DNA of 64,000 nt. Origin: the human T2T-CHM13v2.0 reference genome, Homo sapiens. The stretch lies in assembly GCF_009914755.1 (NCBI RefSeq), contig NC_060934.1. One strand, written 5' to 3'. The notes under the pieces are model-generated. The model was not told the origin of the DNA. It saw only the letters and a program-made list of their open reading frames with translations, and ran no database searches. The first letter of the stretch is position 1. Each line of letters begins with the position of its first letter. Made by a program: the position numbers and the translations under genes. Positions 36,290 through 47,992 of this stretch are shown here, one piece after another.

Positions 36290-39200
36290 ATCCCTGTCCC
36301 TGGCCAAGGAAACCTTAGCCATCACGTGGCTGGTTTCTCTCGCTATTTGTCCAAGTAAGCAGTTCAGGCCAGCTGCAGCCAGGAGGCCGTGACACAGAGC
36401 CAGGGAGAAGGGCCACATTGGTGTGGGTGGTGGCAGCGAGGATCGCCATGGGCATCAGGGAGCCCCGAGCTGGGTCCTAGAGCTCTTGGGCCTCAGAATC
36501 TGGTATGGGGAGGCCTGGGCTGGGGAATGGCCTTGTTCTGATCCTCTGCCCTCCCTGGACGACTGACCTCCCTGCCCCAACCCATCTGTCAAGAAAAGGC
36601 ACAGAGCTTGATAACAGAGAACTCTCTCAGCCCTAAATAGAGAGGGTGGGCACCTTCTGACCAGGGGGAGCCGAGAAAGACAGAGTCCTCACCAGAGAAA
36701 GGGGCACACATGGGCACAACCACCATGTGTATGGCCCCTGGAGTGTGCTTTAGAGCCCTGGCCTCCGTGGCAGGAGTGTGGAAGCCAGGCCTCCCGTGTG
36801 CATCCATCAGGCCACTGAATTATTAGCACCTACTGTGTGCCAGGACCTGGGCTAGGCAGGGATAGGGGTTGTCAGAACACAGAACTTCTGGAAACTTCGT
36901 CAAACCCTCGCCTCTGTGACATATTTTCTTCCCATTGGATGGGCAGCATCACCTTTCATTGCAAAACCCCTGTGATCTTGTCATGAGCTGGCCATTTCCC
37001 ACCCCACTGCCATTCCAGGAGGATGCAACCCCTACATTGTTGCAGGGCTCAGGAAGAGCAGTGAGAGGCACCGCCGAGCCTCTCATGGACCAAGCAGGTG
37101 TTTCTAGCCAGGGAGAGTGTCCCCTTCCTCTAGGGAGGTGTGAGCCAGACCCTGGGCTTCCAAAGCAAATGTGTGCATGTGGGCAGAACACAGAGGCCCT
37201 GGGCTCGGACACCTGGGGGCCTTCTCCTAGCCCACATGGGGAGCAGAGCACCAGGGGAAGTGGCAGCTGCAGAGTGGGGCCTCCCCAGGCCTTCATTGAG
37301 GTTTGTCAGCCTGCATACTGTGTCTTGCATAGATGACACCATCTCTGGGGGCCTGGAGGAGGAGGGCTGTGGTGGCTTTTTGGGGCCATGCTTCTGAGAG
37401 CCCACCTGCATTCATGTGTCTGTTTGTCCACCTCCTCCCTGCTTCTTCCCTCTTTCCTTCCTTTGACAAACATTTCCTGGCAGCCAAGTCTGTATGGGGC
37501 CCACGCTCCACAAAAGATACATCCCTCACCCTGCATGATCACGGCCGAACTGGAATCCAGCAACATTCCAGGGTGGGCCCAGGGCCAGGCCCAGGTAAGG
37601 CCTAGGAGAGAGCTGGCTCTTGGCTAGGAGGCAGGGCATGGCTGACCCCACAGGCTCCCCTGGGTTCTGAGGAAGCTTAGGCGTACTTCCCCAGGATAGG
37701 CCAACGGCAGAGCCCACCAGGTGCCTGAGACAAGGGGGTGTAGAGAGCCAGCATCAAGGCCACACAGAGCATCATCAGACCTTGTCTCTGTTGTGATGAG
37801 GTCTAGGGTATTCAATCTGGAAGAGTCCCACAGGCTCGTGTGCTCAGGCTGTTCTAGGAAACGCCTGTCCGGAAAAGGGGTGGAGCTGGGTGGCCAGGGC
37901 TGAGGGTGACGCAGATCCGCCATCATGCCACCTACAACTGAATGTGGATTCTGGGCCGGGGTTTTTATAAAGCTGCTGGGTCAGCATCCCAGAATGCTGC
38001 CTAGGCCTGTATGTCCCCAGCCTCAGCTTGCATATCTCTGGGGTCACGAGGCTTACTACTGCCGTCTTGTAGTTCCTCCTGGGACATGGGGTCCTGGCCT
38101 CCCACCAGGCTGACGCTGACTTCTGTCTTCCACCCTGCTTGTCTTAGGGCCACAGACTTTAGGCCCTTGGCAGTTTCCAATTGAGTCCCTCCCGGGCTTT
38201 CCTCCCTGCAGGCAGAGCATCAAGCTGGGTCTGTACGTGGCCCCGCCAGGGCCTGTTTGATTGGGGTAATCTGGACAAGTCATCAGTGGCCTGCGCTGGC
38301 AGCCAGGGTGTGGCTAAAGTCAGTTCCTGCCTAAGCTGGGCTGACCCACCTTCTCACCACTCAGGAGCTCCCGGAGCCAGGAGGGACTGCTGTGAGTTTG
38401 CCTTCATGAGGAGGCCCTTGGGCTGCCTTTGGTACAGGCAGGAGACCTGGATCCCTGCTCTGTCCCTATCTCTGTCCCTGTCCCTGGGGTAATCTCGAGC
38501 AAGGCTGGGCCCCAGGCAGGCCCACACCCCCTCCCATCTGTGTTCATCCCCAGCACTAAGCCAAGAGGCTTTTGTCCCTGGTGGGCTGTCGGCCAGCTGG
38601 AAGAGTCCTCCTTGCTCTCTGGCCTATTTGCTTTCTGAGTCCCTCTGCCCTGGGAGAGCATGAATGGGCAGGAGAGGGGACTGGAGAGGGCTGAGGGCCT
38701 CTGTTCAGATCTCTGCCCTCACTGGGTCGGGCTGCCAACCTCTGCACTCCCACCATACCCCCAACCTGTGGACAGGTGAGCCTCCAGTTCCTGAGGCCAC
38801 AGGGAATGGGCTGGATTCACCTGGAGGCCATGGGTAGCCTTGCAGCCCCTGGGCCAAGCTCCCCTCCCACCCAGACTCCTCCAGACACTTCAGGGGTTCA
38901 GGCATGCCAAGTCAGGGTGGGGTGAAGGGGTCTTTCTCTAGGCGCTGTGCCTGTGGTTGACATCACGTTGTCCTCATGTGGGGCTGCGTGGCCCCGTGGG
39001 GTGGCACGCCTTCTGCAAGAGCTCGCCCTCCAGGAAGTTCTGCATTCGAAGCCTGAACTTGGCTTTGGTTCACTCTTCCTCTCATCCTGGTCTCTTGGGC
39101 ATGACTTCTCCCAGGGGACACTGCTGTCTGCTGACTTGGAAAGGCAGGGATTCAATCAGGGGCCCCCGCTCAGCTGTGTCTGAAGTGTGCCCTCCTGGGA

Positions 39201-41484
39201 AGAAAACCCAGCAGCACTTTTGTCGAGGCCTCACACTGGAAAATGAACGGTGGGAGGCCTAGAGGTAAGAGGCCAAAGGCCACTAAGCAGGCCAGCGTGG
39301 CCTGCCCACTCCAGCCCCCAGAAAGCATTGGTGCTTCTGAGGAGGCTTGCTCGGCCCTCCCTCTCCCCTGGGCTGGGTGGGGCCAGTGGGACAGGAAGCC
39401 AGGGCGGGGCTGGAGGATGGGGCTCAGGGTGGCCTGGGCCTGAGCCAGGGATGAGGCGAAACCCAACCCTGGCCTGGCCCCGGGCCGCAGCCGTGCAGGT
39501 CACTAGGCCTCGGCGAGTGGCCACCCGCCCACCCAACAGGAAGCCCTGCCCAGACACCACCTTTGCCCCACCCCGTATTCTCTACGGCTGGCACTTCTCC
39601 TATTTCCCATGAGAGCTGCTGCCAGGAATCCTGCCCTCTTGAGAAAGGAAGCCCGACCTCGGGCCGCCCTGCCTCTGGCCTGCGCTGACCCCCTCCCTGG
39701 GCCTCCCCGTGGTGGCAGCTCTGGGCCCACGCCCGTCCTGCACCCCCCACACATGCTAATGACTTATCTCCTCTCAGACAAAGCCTGTGACCCTTGGGGA
39801 CCTAGCAGGAGAAACCTCACAGTGGGACTAGGCCTGGGAGCCAGGAGGCTGGGGCTCTTGGTCTGGGATCCTCCACCAACCTGCTGGTGCACCTGGGCAA
39901 GTCACTCAGCCACTCTGGGTCTCATCTGTAGAAAAACAGGGAGAGGCAGACGCTCTGCCCAGCAATGAGCATCCCATGGGATAAAGGGTTTGGGGTGGGT
40001 TGAATGTGTGCCCTGTGAAGACAGCCAGGCTTGGGGGGTGATAACACAAAACCTCCCCATCCACCCCTGTCTGCCTGGAAAGGAGCCCCTTCTCTCATCT
40101 CCCAGAAGCCGGGCGACGGAGCATGCCTCCGTCTCTCAGCTCTGCTCAGGGAGCTGGGCCAGAAGCAGGGATGGGGCTGTGCTGAGGGGCAGGCTGTCCC
40201 ACCACCCTCCCAACCCCATCCTCTTCCTCCCTCCTGGTGGGTGCTCTCTGACCCATGACCCACCTCCCCAAGTAAGCCCAAGCCCACCTCAGTATCAGCA
40301 GGGGTAGCAGCTTAGGGAATCAACTGTGTCTTAAAGGGGGCCAAGCAGAGGGGTCAGGGCACCACGGGGAAAGACCAGAGTCGTTGTGACATTGGATGGG
40401 TTAAGACAGATCCGGGGGCCACCTTGAGCTCCTGGGCGAGCTGAAAGCTTGTCAGCAGCAGGGAAGACCAGGCACCTGAGCAGCCAAGCCCCTGCCATGG
40501 GGTGGCCACAGCTCAGACTCTGGTGGCCTTGGACACATTGCTGCTCTGAGCCTCAGTGTCTGCATCTGGCAAGTGGACCTTTCAGAGCCAGTGTCTTAGG
40601 GTGCTGTGAGAAGTCCTTAAGATTTGGGGACACAGTGCTGGGCCCCCTGCGGCCCTTCCCTTTGAATCAGCCTTTTCCCTGTGAGGGAAACATTACAGGT
40701 CAGGATTAGGACTAGATTTCGTAGGCAGTGGGGAGCCACTGAAAGTTCTTAGAGGAGTAGTGAGTTCATGGGGAGAGGAACCGGCAGCAGAGAAGCCTGG
40801 CACACTCATCCGGTGTTGGAGCCCTGATTCAAGAGGGGTCATGGGGCAAAGAAAGTTAGCCCAAGTGGGTGTCAGCACCAGCTGGGCTTGGGAGGCCTCA
40901 GTTTTCCTCCTGTAGCTGGGTGCCTGTCCGCAAGGCTGGAGAGGCGCTGCTCAGAGCCAGCACTGAGGGTGGCACCACCACCCCTCCTTCTTCCTCTGGT
41001 GCCCCTGAGTCCCACCGGCGTGGGGTTGTCTGGGTTTGCCACTCAGGCCCGGGTGGGCCCCACTGCCTCTCCCTCCCTCCATGGCTTTCTAGCTCTGAAT
41101 GGGAGTGGACTCTGGAGGCTGCAGTGGGCTGCGGGATGTGAGCCAGGGTGGGGGCATTGGCGGTGGGTGGAGTCACGGGCTGGGTGGCCATGAGTCAGGA
41201 ATTGCTGGGCCTGTGTGTCATCTGGCTGCGTGCTGTGCTGGCTCCTCCCGCCTGTCTGCCTCATCTCGCCCGCCGCCATCTGGGCCCCCTGGGCTGCTCC
41301 ACCAGGTGATGGTGCTCTGCTCTGTTTATAAGAGTTCAAAACGTAGGATGGAGTAGTCAGGGGACCGGGCTCTAGGGCCCAGGCTCCCCCAACACCAGAG
41401 GTGACCTTGGGCAGGTCCCCTTCCTCTTCTCTGAGCCAATTTCCCCCATTGAAGAGTGGATATTAGGCTGGCCAAGGGATTTCA

Positions 41485-41835
<351 letters not shown>

Positions 41836-43248
41836 GATAACCCACCCCAAACAAGTTAAATCAGATCTCCGGGGCGGGGCCTGCGGCCAGGCTTGAAAGC
41901 TCTAGTCTGGATGGCCTCAGACGGGCTGCTTTCTCCGCCCTGCCCGGATCCCCAGGCAGCACTGTGGGCTGGTGCATGGGTTCTGGAGCCCAGAGGCTGT
42001 GCTGAGTACAGCTCTACCACTTTCTAATACTGGGCAAGTGAATTCATGCCTCTGAGCCTCTGTTTCCTCATCTGTGAGATGGGGCTAACACCACCCACCT
42101 TATAGAATCTGTACCAGTGTCAGCCACCATGTTCTTTGATCTAAGCCAGTTATGCACCACTGCTGCCTTCACTGCCCATTCATTCTTCCAGAAAATATTC
42201 GGGGATTCCTGGACCTGCCAGCCTGGTACTGGGTGCTGTGGCAACAGGAAGAGGAAACCCACCATGGGGGTCCAGCCTTTTAGGCCTTTCCAGGGCCCCA
42301 GAGGATGGGTTCTGTCTGTTGATGGGCAGGTGAAGGGTGACTCCCCTGAGAATCTCACCGTGTCGCTGGACTGAGGGAACCCCTCTTTCTGAAAGAACGA
42401 ATGAGACCCCAGATTCAAGGGAGAAGAAGGGGCATCCTAGGACTTCCCTGACAGCCTCAGCTGGGAAGCCCCTGGGGAGGCTCTGAATGCCTTCTGGGGT
42501 GGGCCCTGGGCCATGCTCTGGGCAGATGCTGGCTCAAACAGGGCTGGCAGTAGACAGAACAGAATAAGGACCCTCCTCCTTGTAGTCCATCACTGGGCTG
42601 GACTATGTCCTCCATCCCGTGGTCCTCCTGGCAGCCCAGGGCATTGGCAGGCATCGTTCCTCCTGCTTGGCAGATAGAGAGACAGAGATGTCAAGGGATG
42701 GGAGGCACTTGCCTAGGTCAAGGGCTGGATTTGAACCTCACTTCTGTATAAACAAAATCCCAGTGGGGAAAGTCGAGCTTCCCTGGGAATCTGCCCTGGT
42801 GGGACTAAAACGTGATCGGCAAACCTGTCATCCCCTTTCTTCCCTGGCCTTCCAGCAGGTCCCCTGCAGACCACCACTGGCTGTCCTTGCGGGAGAGACC
42901 TGATGTTCCTGTAAATAGCAAGTGCTCCTGTTGCCTGGGCTCTGAAAGCCAGAGGTTGAACCATGCACTTGTCACCCACTAAACCTTCTCCCTCCTCATG
43001 ACCCATTGGAGAAACTGAGGCAGAGAGAGGTGCAGGGACTTGGCTAAGGCCATGTGGCTTGTGAGCCGGCCAGGATTTCATCCAGGCCTGGGTGAGGTTA
43101 GAGCCTGTGCCCAGACCCGCCACCACCCGCTAGCAAGAACAGGACTTTCCTTTGTCCGGCATTTTTAACTCTGGGTCTTGGCCATCACTTCAGACTGGCC
43201 TGGCCCACGTGTGGCCAGAATCCCAAAGGGATGCCTGTTTGGGAAGCG

Positions 43249-43267
43249 TGACCGCCAGGGGGCTGGC
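43249..43267 (+). promoter_or_regulatory. Candidate CTCF site
   Basis: tgaCCGCCAGGGGGCtggc matches core CCRSYAGRKGGC; 3' flank is suboptimal. Confidence 0.35.
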
Positions 43268-44224
43268 ACCTGGCCCAGGAAGGGGGTCATCGAGAACACT
43301 CAGTGCTCAGTGGTTTGTGTGTGCCACCGACAGTGCCCGTGCCCTTCAGCGCCACGACCTTCCTGTGCCAATCATGGGTATGATGTCAGTTCATCTAATC
43401 CTTGAGCTGCAGTTAGCCCCAGATGAGGAAACAGACTGGAGGGATAAGTGACTTTCTTGTGGGCCAATATTGGACCCCCTGGGTCCTCAGTTGGACCTCC
43501 AACACCAGAATGGACCTGGGTTCCATTCTGGTCCACAAACCCCCTTTGGGTTTGTGTCCCCTTCTCTGTAGGGTGGCAGGCTTGCACTCAGAGCTTCCCA
43601 AGGACCTCCAAGGACTCTGCTGAGAGCCTCTGCCAGGCCCATTTAATGCTGCAGGGCATTTAGGATTGGGGGCCTCCCAGAGGTGGGATGGGGTGCCCTC
43701 TAGGGCAGCCCTCAGAAGCATAGGGCCAGGTGGTTGGCACCAAGCAGAGTGGGCAGAGGCAAGAGGCAAAACTTCTAAGAGAGGCCACCAGCAGGAAATT
43801 CCACTTAGAACCCTGGCATTGCAAGTGGCAAGGGCCCAGGTGGGTGCCGGGGGACCTGGTCTGGCCACCCCCAGCTAGGCGCCCCTTTAAGCAAGACCTC
43901 GGTCCCTGGAAAAGGGATGGCTGTGCCCACCCTATGGGGCCTGATGAGTGGTGGGTGTGGAAGGGAGTACCTGGCACGGATTTTGCACCTGGAGGATGCT
44001 TGACACCTTAGGCTGCTTCTGTGGAAGAGGAGGTGAGGACCCTGTCCTGGGAGCAGGTGGTTCTACGAAGCCCAGCTGTGGGGGTCTATGAAGCCTCTCC
44101 TGAGTTGGTCTCGGACTCATCTTCCCAGAGCCATGGGTCTTTCTCTATCTCTGTGATACGGGGTTCAGTGCCCCCATCCCAGCAGGACCCCAAGTCTACA
44201 CTGGGCAGCAACCCTGAGCCAGTG

Positions 44225-44410
44225 ATAATAATGACTTATGGCCCCTGTTTACGGAGCATTTCCTGTGCACGTGCATATGGGCCTAATCTTGTTATGTCCT
44301 TCAACAACTCTGTGAGAGTAGTGACTCTTAGTATCCCCCATTTTACAGATGAGGAAACTGACCCAAGTTCCTAGCCCAGTATCACGCAGCTAAGTAAGTG
44401 TCAGAGCTGA
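44225..44410 (-). mobile_element. MIR SINE
   Basis: tatcccccattttacagatgaggaaactga. Confidence 0.85.
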
Positions 44411-46679
44411 GGCCTCTCTGATGCATCGGAACCTAGATGCATTGGAACCCAGAGAGGCCACCATTCTATGCTGTGCCCTCATCCCTTGATTAAAGCAGAA
44501 ATTGTTCATTTGGTGACTTGGGGAGAAGGGAGCCCCATCCCTCTTCCTCAGGTTTGAGCGGGCCACCTGTCAGAGTTCAAGGCCTCTTTGATTGCTTGGA
44601 GGTGTTGGCTGGGGCAGTCGGGACAGCTTTCCCCCTCCCTTTCCCAGTTCCAGGTCTGATGCAAACTCAAAGGAAAGGGAAGCCAGTCCCTGACTGGGCC
44701 TGAGTCATTTGTTTCTGAATCCTAGTTTGAATCCTAGTTCCCGTTTTTATCATGGTGTGATCTTGGCTGGGCCCTTCCCTCTCTCTGGTCTCAGTTTGTC
44801 TCTGTTCAAGTCCAGCACCAAGGGACTAGGTTGGCAGGGGCCGGAGGCCAGACAAGCCACGCATGTGCACCACCAGCCAGGGCACGGCTGAGGCAGGACG
44901 GGCAGAAGTCATTCCTGGGGCCTGGGCGATGCTGCATGAGCTCTTCCTCCAAGAGGAAGTGTCCCTCCAGCTTGGCCCTGAGAGCACAGTAGATCAGGAC
45001 TGGACAGGGAGCAAGGCCTTGGAGAGGCCCCCAGGGATGTGTGCATGTGCCTCTGCCCCACGAATGCAGCTGCGCCCTGCTCACTGATGCCCTCTGCAGC
45101 TCTCTCTTCAGCCCAAAGCTCTTCTCCCTAAAAGCCTCTGGGCCTTTGCCCAGGGAGAGGTACCCTCCTGCCTGAAAGACTGCCCGAGGGACGGTGGCTC
45201 TGCCCCCCATTTTGCTTCCAGGCCGAGCTGGGCTGGCCCGCCAGCACTCTGTGCACATGCCCCTAGTTATCTGAGGATTACCCATCTCCTGTGTCTTCCC
45301 CACTGGTGTCACACAGTGTGTGAGCACCCTGGGGAAGCACAAAGGCTGGGCAAGTGCTGACCTTTGGCCCCGTCCCCACCCCTCCCACCCCTACTCTTTA
45401 CCTCTTCTCCTTCTTTTCCTTCTCTGCCAGATAGCAGGCATTGTCATCAGTTGTTTTTAAATAAAGAAATGAATGAATGAAATGAACAACTTCTAGAAGT
45501 CACTTTATAGCCCCATTTTTAAAATGAGGAAACCAAGTCGCAGGGATGTTAGGTGGGTGGGGAGGGTAGTTCAGAGACCCCCCCGCTGCTCTTCCCCAGT
45601 TCTCACTCTTTGGGTCCCCACGGTGCCAGGTTGGGGACCCTAGGTTTGCGTGGCATGTCCTCTGGCCACAGGAACTTCCCACACATGGAGGCGTCCTGAG
45701 GGCCCAGCAGCAGGTACCAGCCACGACTTCCCACGATCTCAGCTTGCCAGGCCTGCACTTTTCTCACCTGGTGTTCCTGCCTTCCCAGCAGGTCAGCCCA
45801 GAGCTGCCTGTCCGCCCTTCCCTGGCCACTTTCGAGCCTTCCCCATGGGAGAGAGAAAGGTGAGGGAGCCGAGGGGCATGTGGCAAGGAGCGGAAAGCAG
45901 GCCCAGCAGGCAGGCTGGGCTTCCAGGGCTGGGCTTGGGAAGACAGTGCCTACTGTCTGCTGGAGGGCATCCTGGAGCCTCCTCACAGGAGGTAAAGATC
46001 GACAGGATGATTGAACCAAGCGTACCTCGGGACTCTTGGGCAGCCCCGCCCAGGACTTCCCGCAGACCCCAAACTACCAGCTTCCTAGGTCCTCATTCAT
46101 TTCTGTTCCTTGAGGCCAACTGTAGTTACTGCTCTTCGGTGAAAAGATTGAGAGGATATGCAGTTCTCCCAGAGCACCAAGTCCCTGGGTTCAGCTCTGC
46201 TGTGCCTGGAATGAGGACTACCAGGTCCCTGTCCTTATGGGCCTCGAGGCTGAAGAGATAAACAGGCACCTAATTTTAATTATGCAAGCGAAAAGAAACA
46301 CCAGCATGTCTGGAAGTTCAGGGAGGGTACCTTGGAGGTGGCTCTCAGAGAAGGCAGCATGGAGGAGGTGGCTCTTTGAGCATTGAAGGATGGATAGGGT
46401 TCCAAAGGACAGTGACGAGACGTAGAGCTGCACAAGGCGCCATGTAGGGGACTGCGGCTCCTGTTCTGCCACTGTGTGATGTGTGGCCTTTGCTCTCTGC
46501 TGAGCGATTTCTTCCTCTGTAAAGTGGGACCTTACAGCTCCCTGGTGACAGGATTGTGCTGAGGATGGAGTGATGGAGTGGGGCAGTGAGAGCTACCAGG
46601 GTTATTGAGGAAGGAGCCTGGCAGGTGGGAGAATCTACCACGTTTGAGCAGGTTGAATGGTTCTCTCTGCAGGCATAAG

Positions 46680-46682
<3 letters not shown>

Positions 46683-46712
<30 letters not shown>
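46683..46712. repeat. (TG)n microsatellite
   Basis: Seen directly. Confidence 0.95.
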
Positions 46713-46713
<1 letters not shown>

Positions 46714-47175
46714 TCAGTTGGCAGCAAGTGTGAACAGCTGAGGCCTAATGACAGGAGCTCTGAGGTGGCATTGGTGCCACAGAACCCTGGGGCAGTGTGA
46801 CCCTCTCCCCTTGTTGTCCATGGGGAGGTCCTTGCTCTGGCCAATGTCCAGCTCAATGTCCAGAGCACCCTGGAGCCTCCCCTGGTGGGTGCATGGCTGG
46901 AGGGGTGATTTAGGGCTGCTTCATCCTTCTGGCCCGTGGGCCTTGGCCTGCACCCTGGCCCAGGCTGGGTCTGGCTCTTCCCTGTGTCTGGATCCCCACC
47001 CCCAGCTTGGTGAGGTCAGGGAACAGGTATTTCAGGAATGCAGGAGGCGGGGCAGCCAGCCCCATTTGGATAACCATGGGGTAAATATTTGCCTTGCTCC
47101 TGGAGCCAGCACTGGCCCGCCAGGGGAGGACAGGGGCCTGTCCCTGGGGTCATGTAAGGGGATGTGTGTGGCGGT

Positions 47176-47201
47176 GGGGTTCTCCAAGTTGGGGAATCCC
47201 C
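47176..47201. promoter_or_regulatory. Tandem NF-kB sites
   Basis: GGGGTTCTCC aagtt GGGGAATCCCC. Motif only. Confidence 0.35.
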
Positions 47202-47979
47202 TGTCACCCCAAGAGTCTGCCTGTTGCCTGACCAGCAGCTGTTTGGCACATCTGTAAAATGACAGTAGAACAGCTCAGGCGCCTGAGGATCAGTGTAGCG
47301 GGAGCTGGTTCCGCCAGCTTGGCCAGGGGAGCGGCGGGTTGGACCAGATGTGGGTGGACACCCTTGTGACCACCGTTCTGATCCCCACTTGGCCACTTAT
47401 AACCTTGAGCAATTACCCTGATTTGGATGGGCACCATGGGCTGAGCTTTTAACTCCTTGGTGTCTGCATCTGCACACCCCGTATCTTGTTAAGGCCTCAC
47501 AGCTATCAGGGCCAAGGCACGTGTGTGGTCAGCAGCAAGCATGAAGAGCTGAGGCCTGGTGATGGAAGCCCTGAACTCCAGGTTGAGGGTGCCCTGGTGT
47601 AACCCCTGCCCAGCACAGCACCCAGGGCCATCTGCCCCCTCCCCCAGTGCAACCTGGAGCCTTCTCTGGTGAGAGCCAATGGAGGGCGGTCGGCCCCTGC
47701 TTAGAGAGGAGCTGGGGGCTTAGAGAAGCCTAGTGACTTGCTCAAGGTCACCCAGCAAGTGTTCAAACCCAATTCTACCCACTCTTGCCCTAACCCTTGA
47801 GGCCAGGGCCAGGGCTTCAGCCCCAAGTGTGGACTCCCAAGCCTTAGCAGCTGTAGAGAGCAACTGGCTACTTAGCCGCAGCCCTGGAGCCACCCCTGGT
47901 CCTAAATTTCGGGCACCACTGCCCTCCAGGCATCCTGGATTGACTGATCCTGCATCTCTCTGGGTCAGACTCAGCCCCG

Positions 47980-47992
47980 GGTCAACATGACC
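47980..47992. promoter_or_regulatory. Perfect palindromic estrogen response element
   Basis: GGTCA aca TGACC. The motif is certain; function is untested. Confidence 0.5.

Noticed and set aside
44411-44459. Hairpin ggcctctctg...cagagaggcc as a pre-miRNA
   Set aside because: The stem is short and bulged, and is explained by a 16-bp tandem duplication at a MIR edge.
47742-47750. TCAAGGTCA (ERR/SF-1 site)
   Set aside because: It sits in the MIR motif gacttgcccaaggtcac, which supplies such matches throughout the genome.
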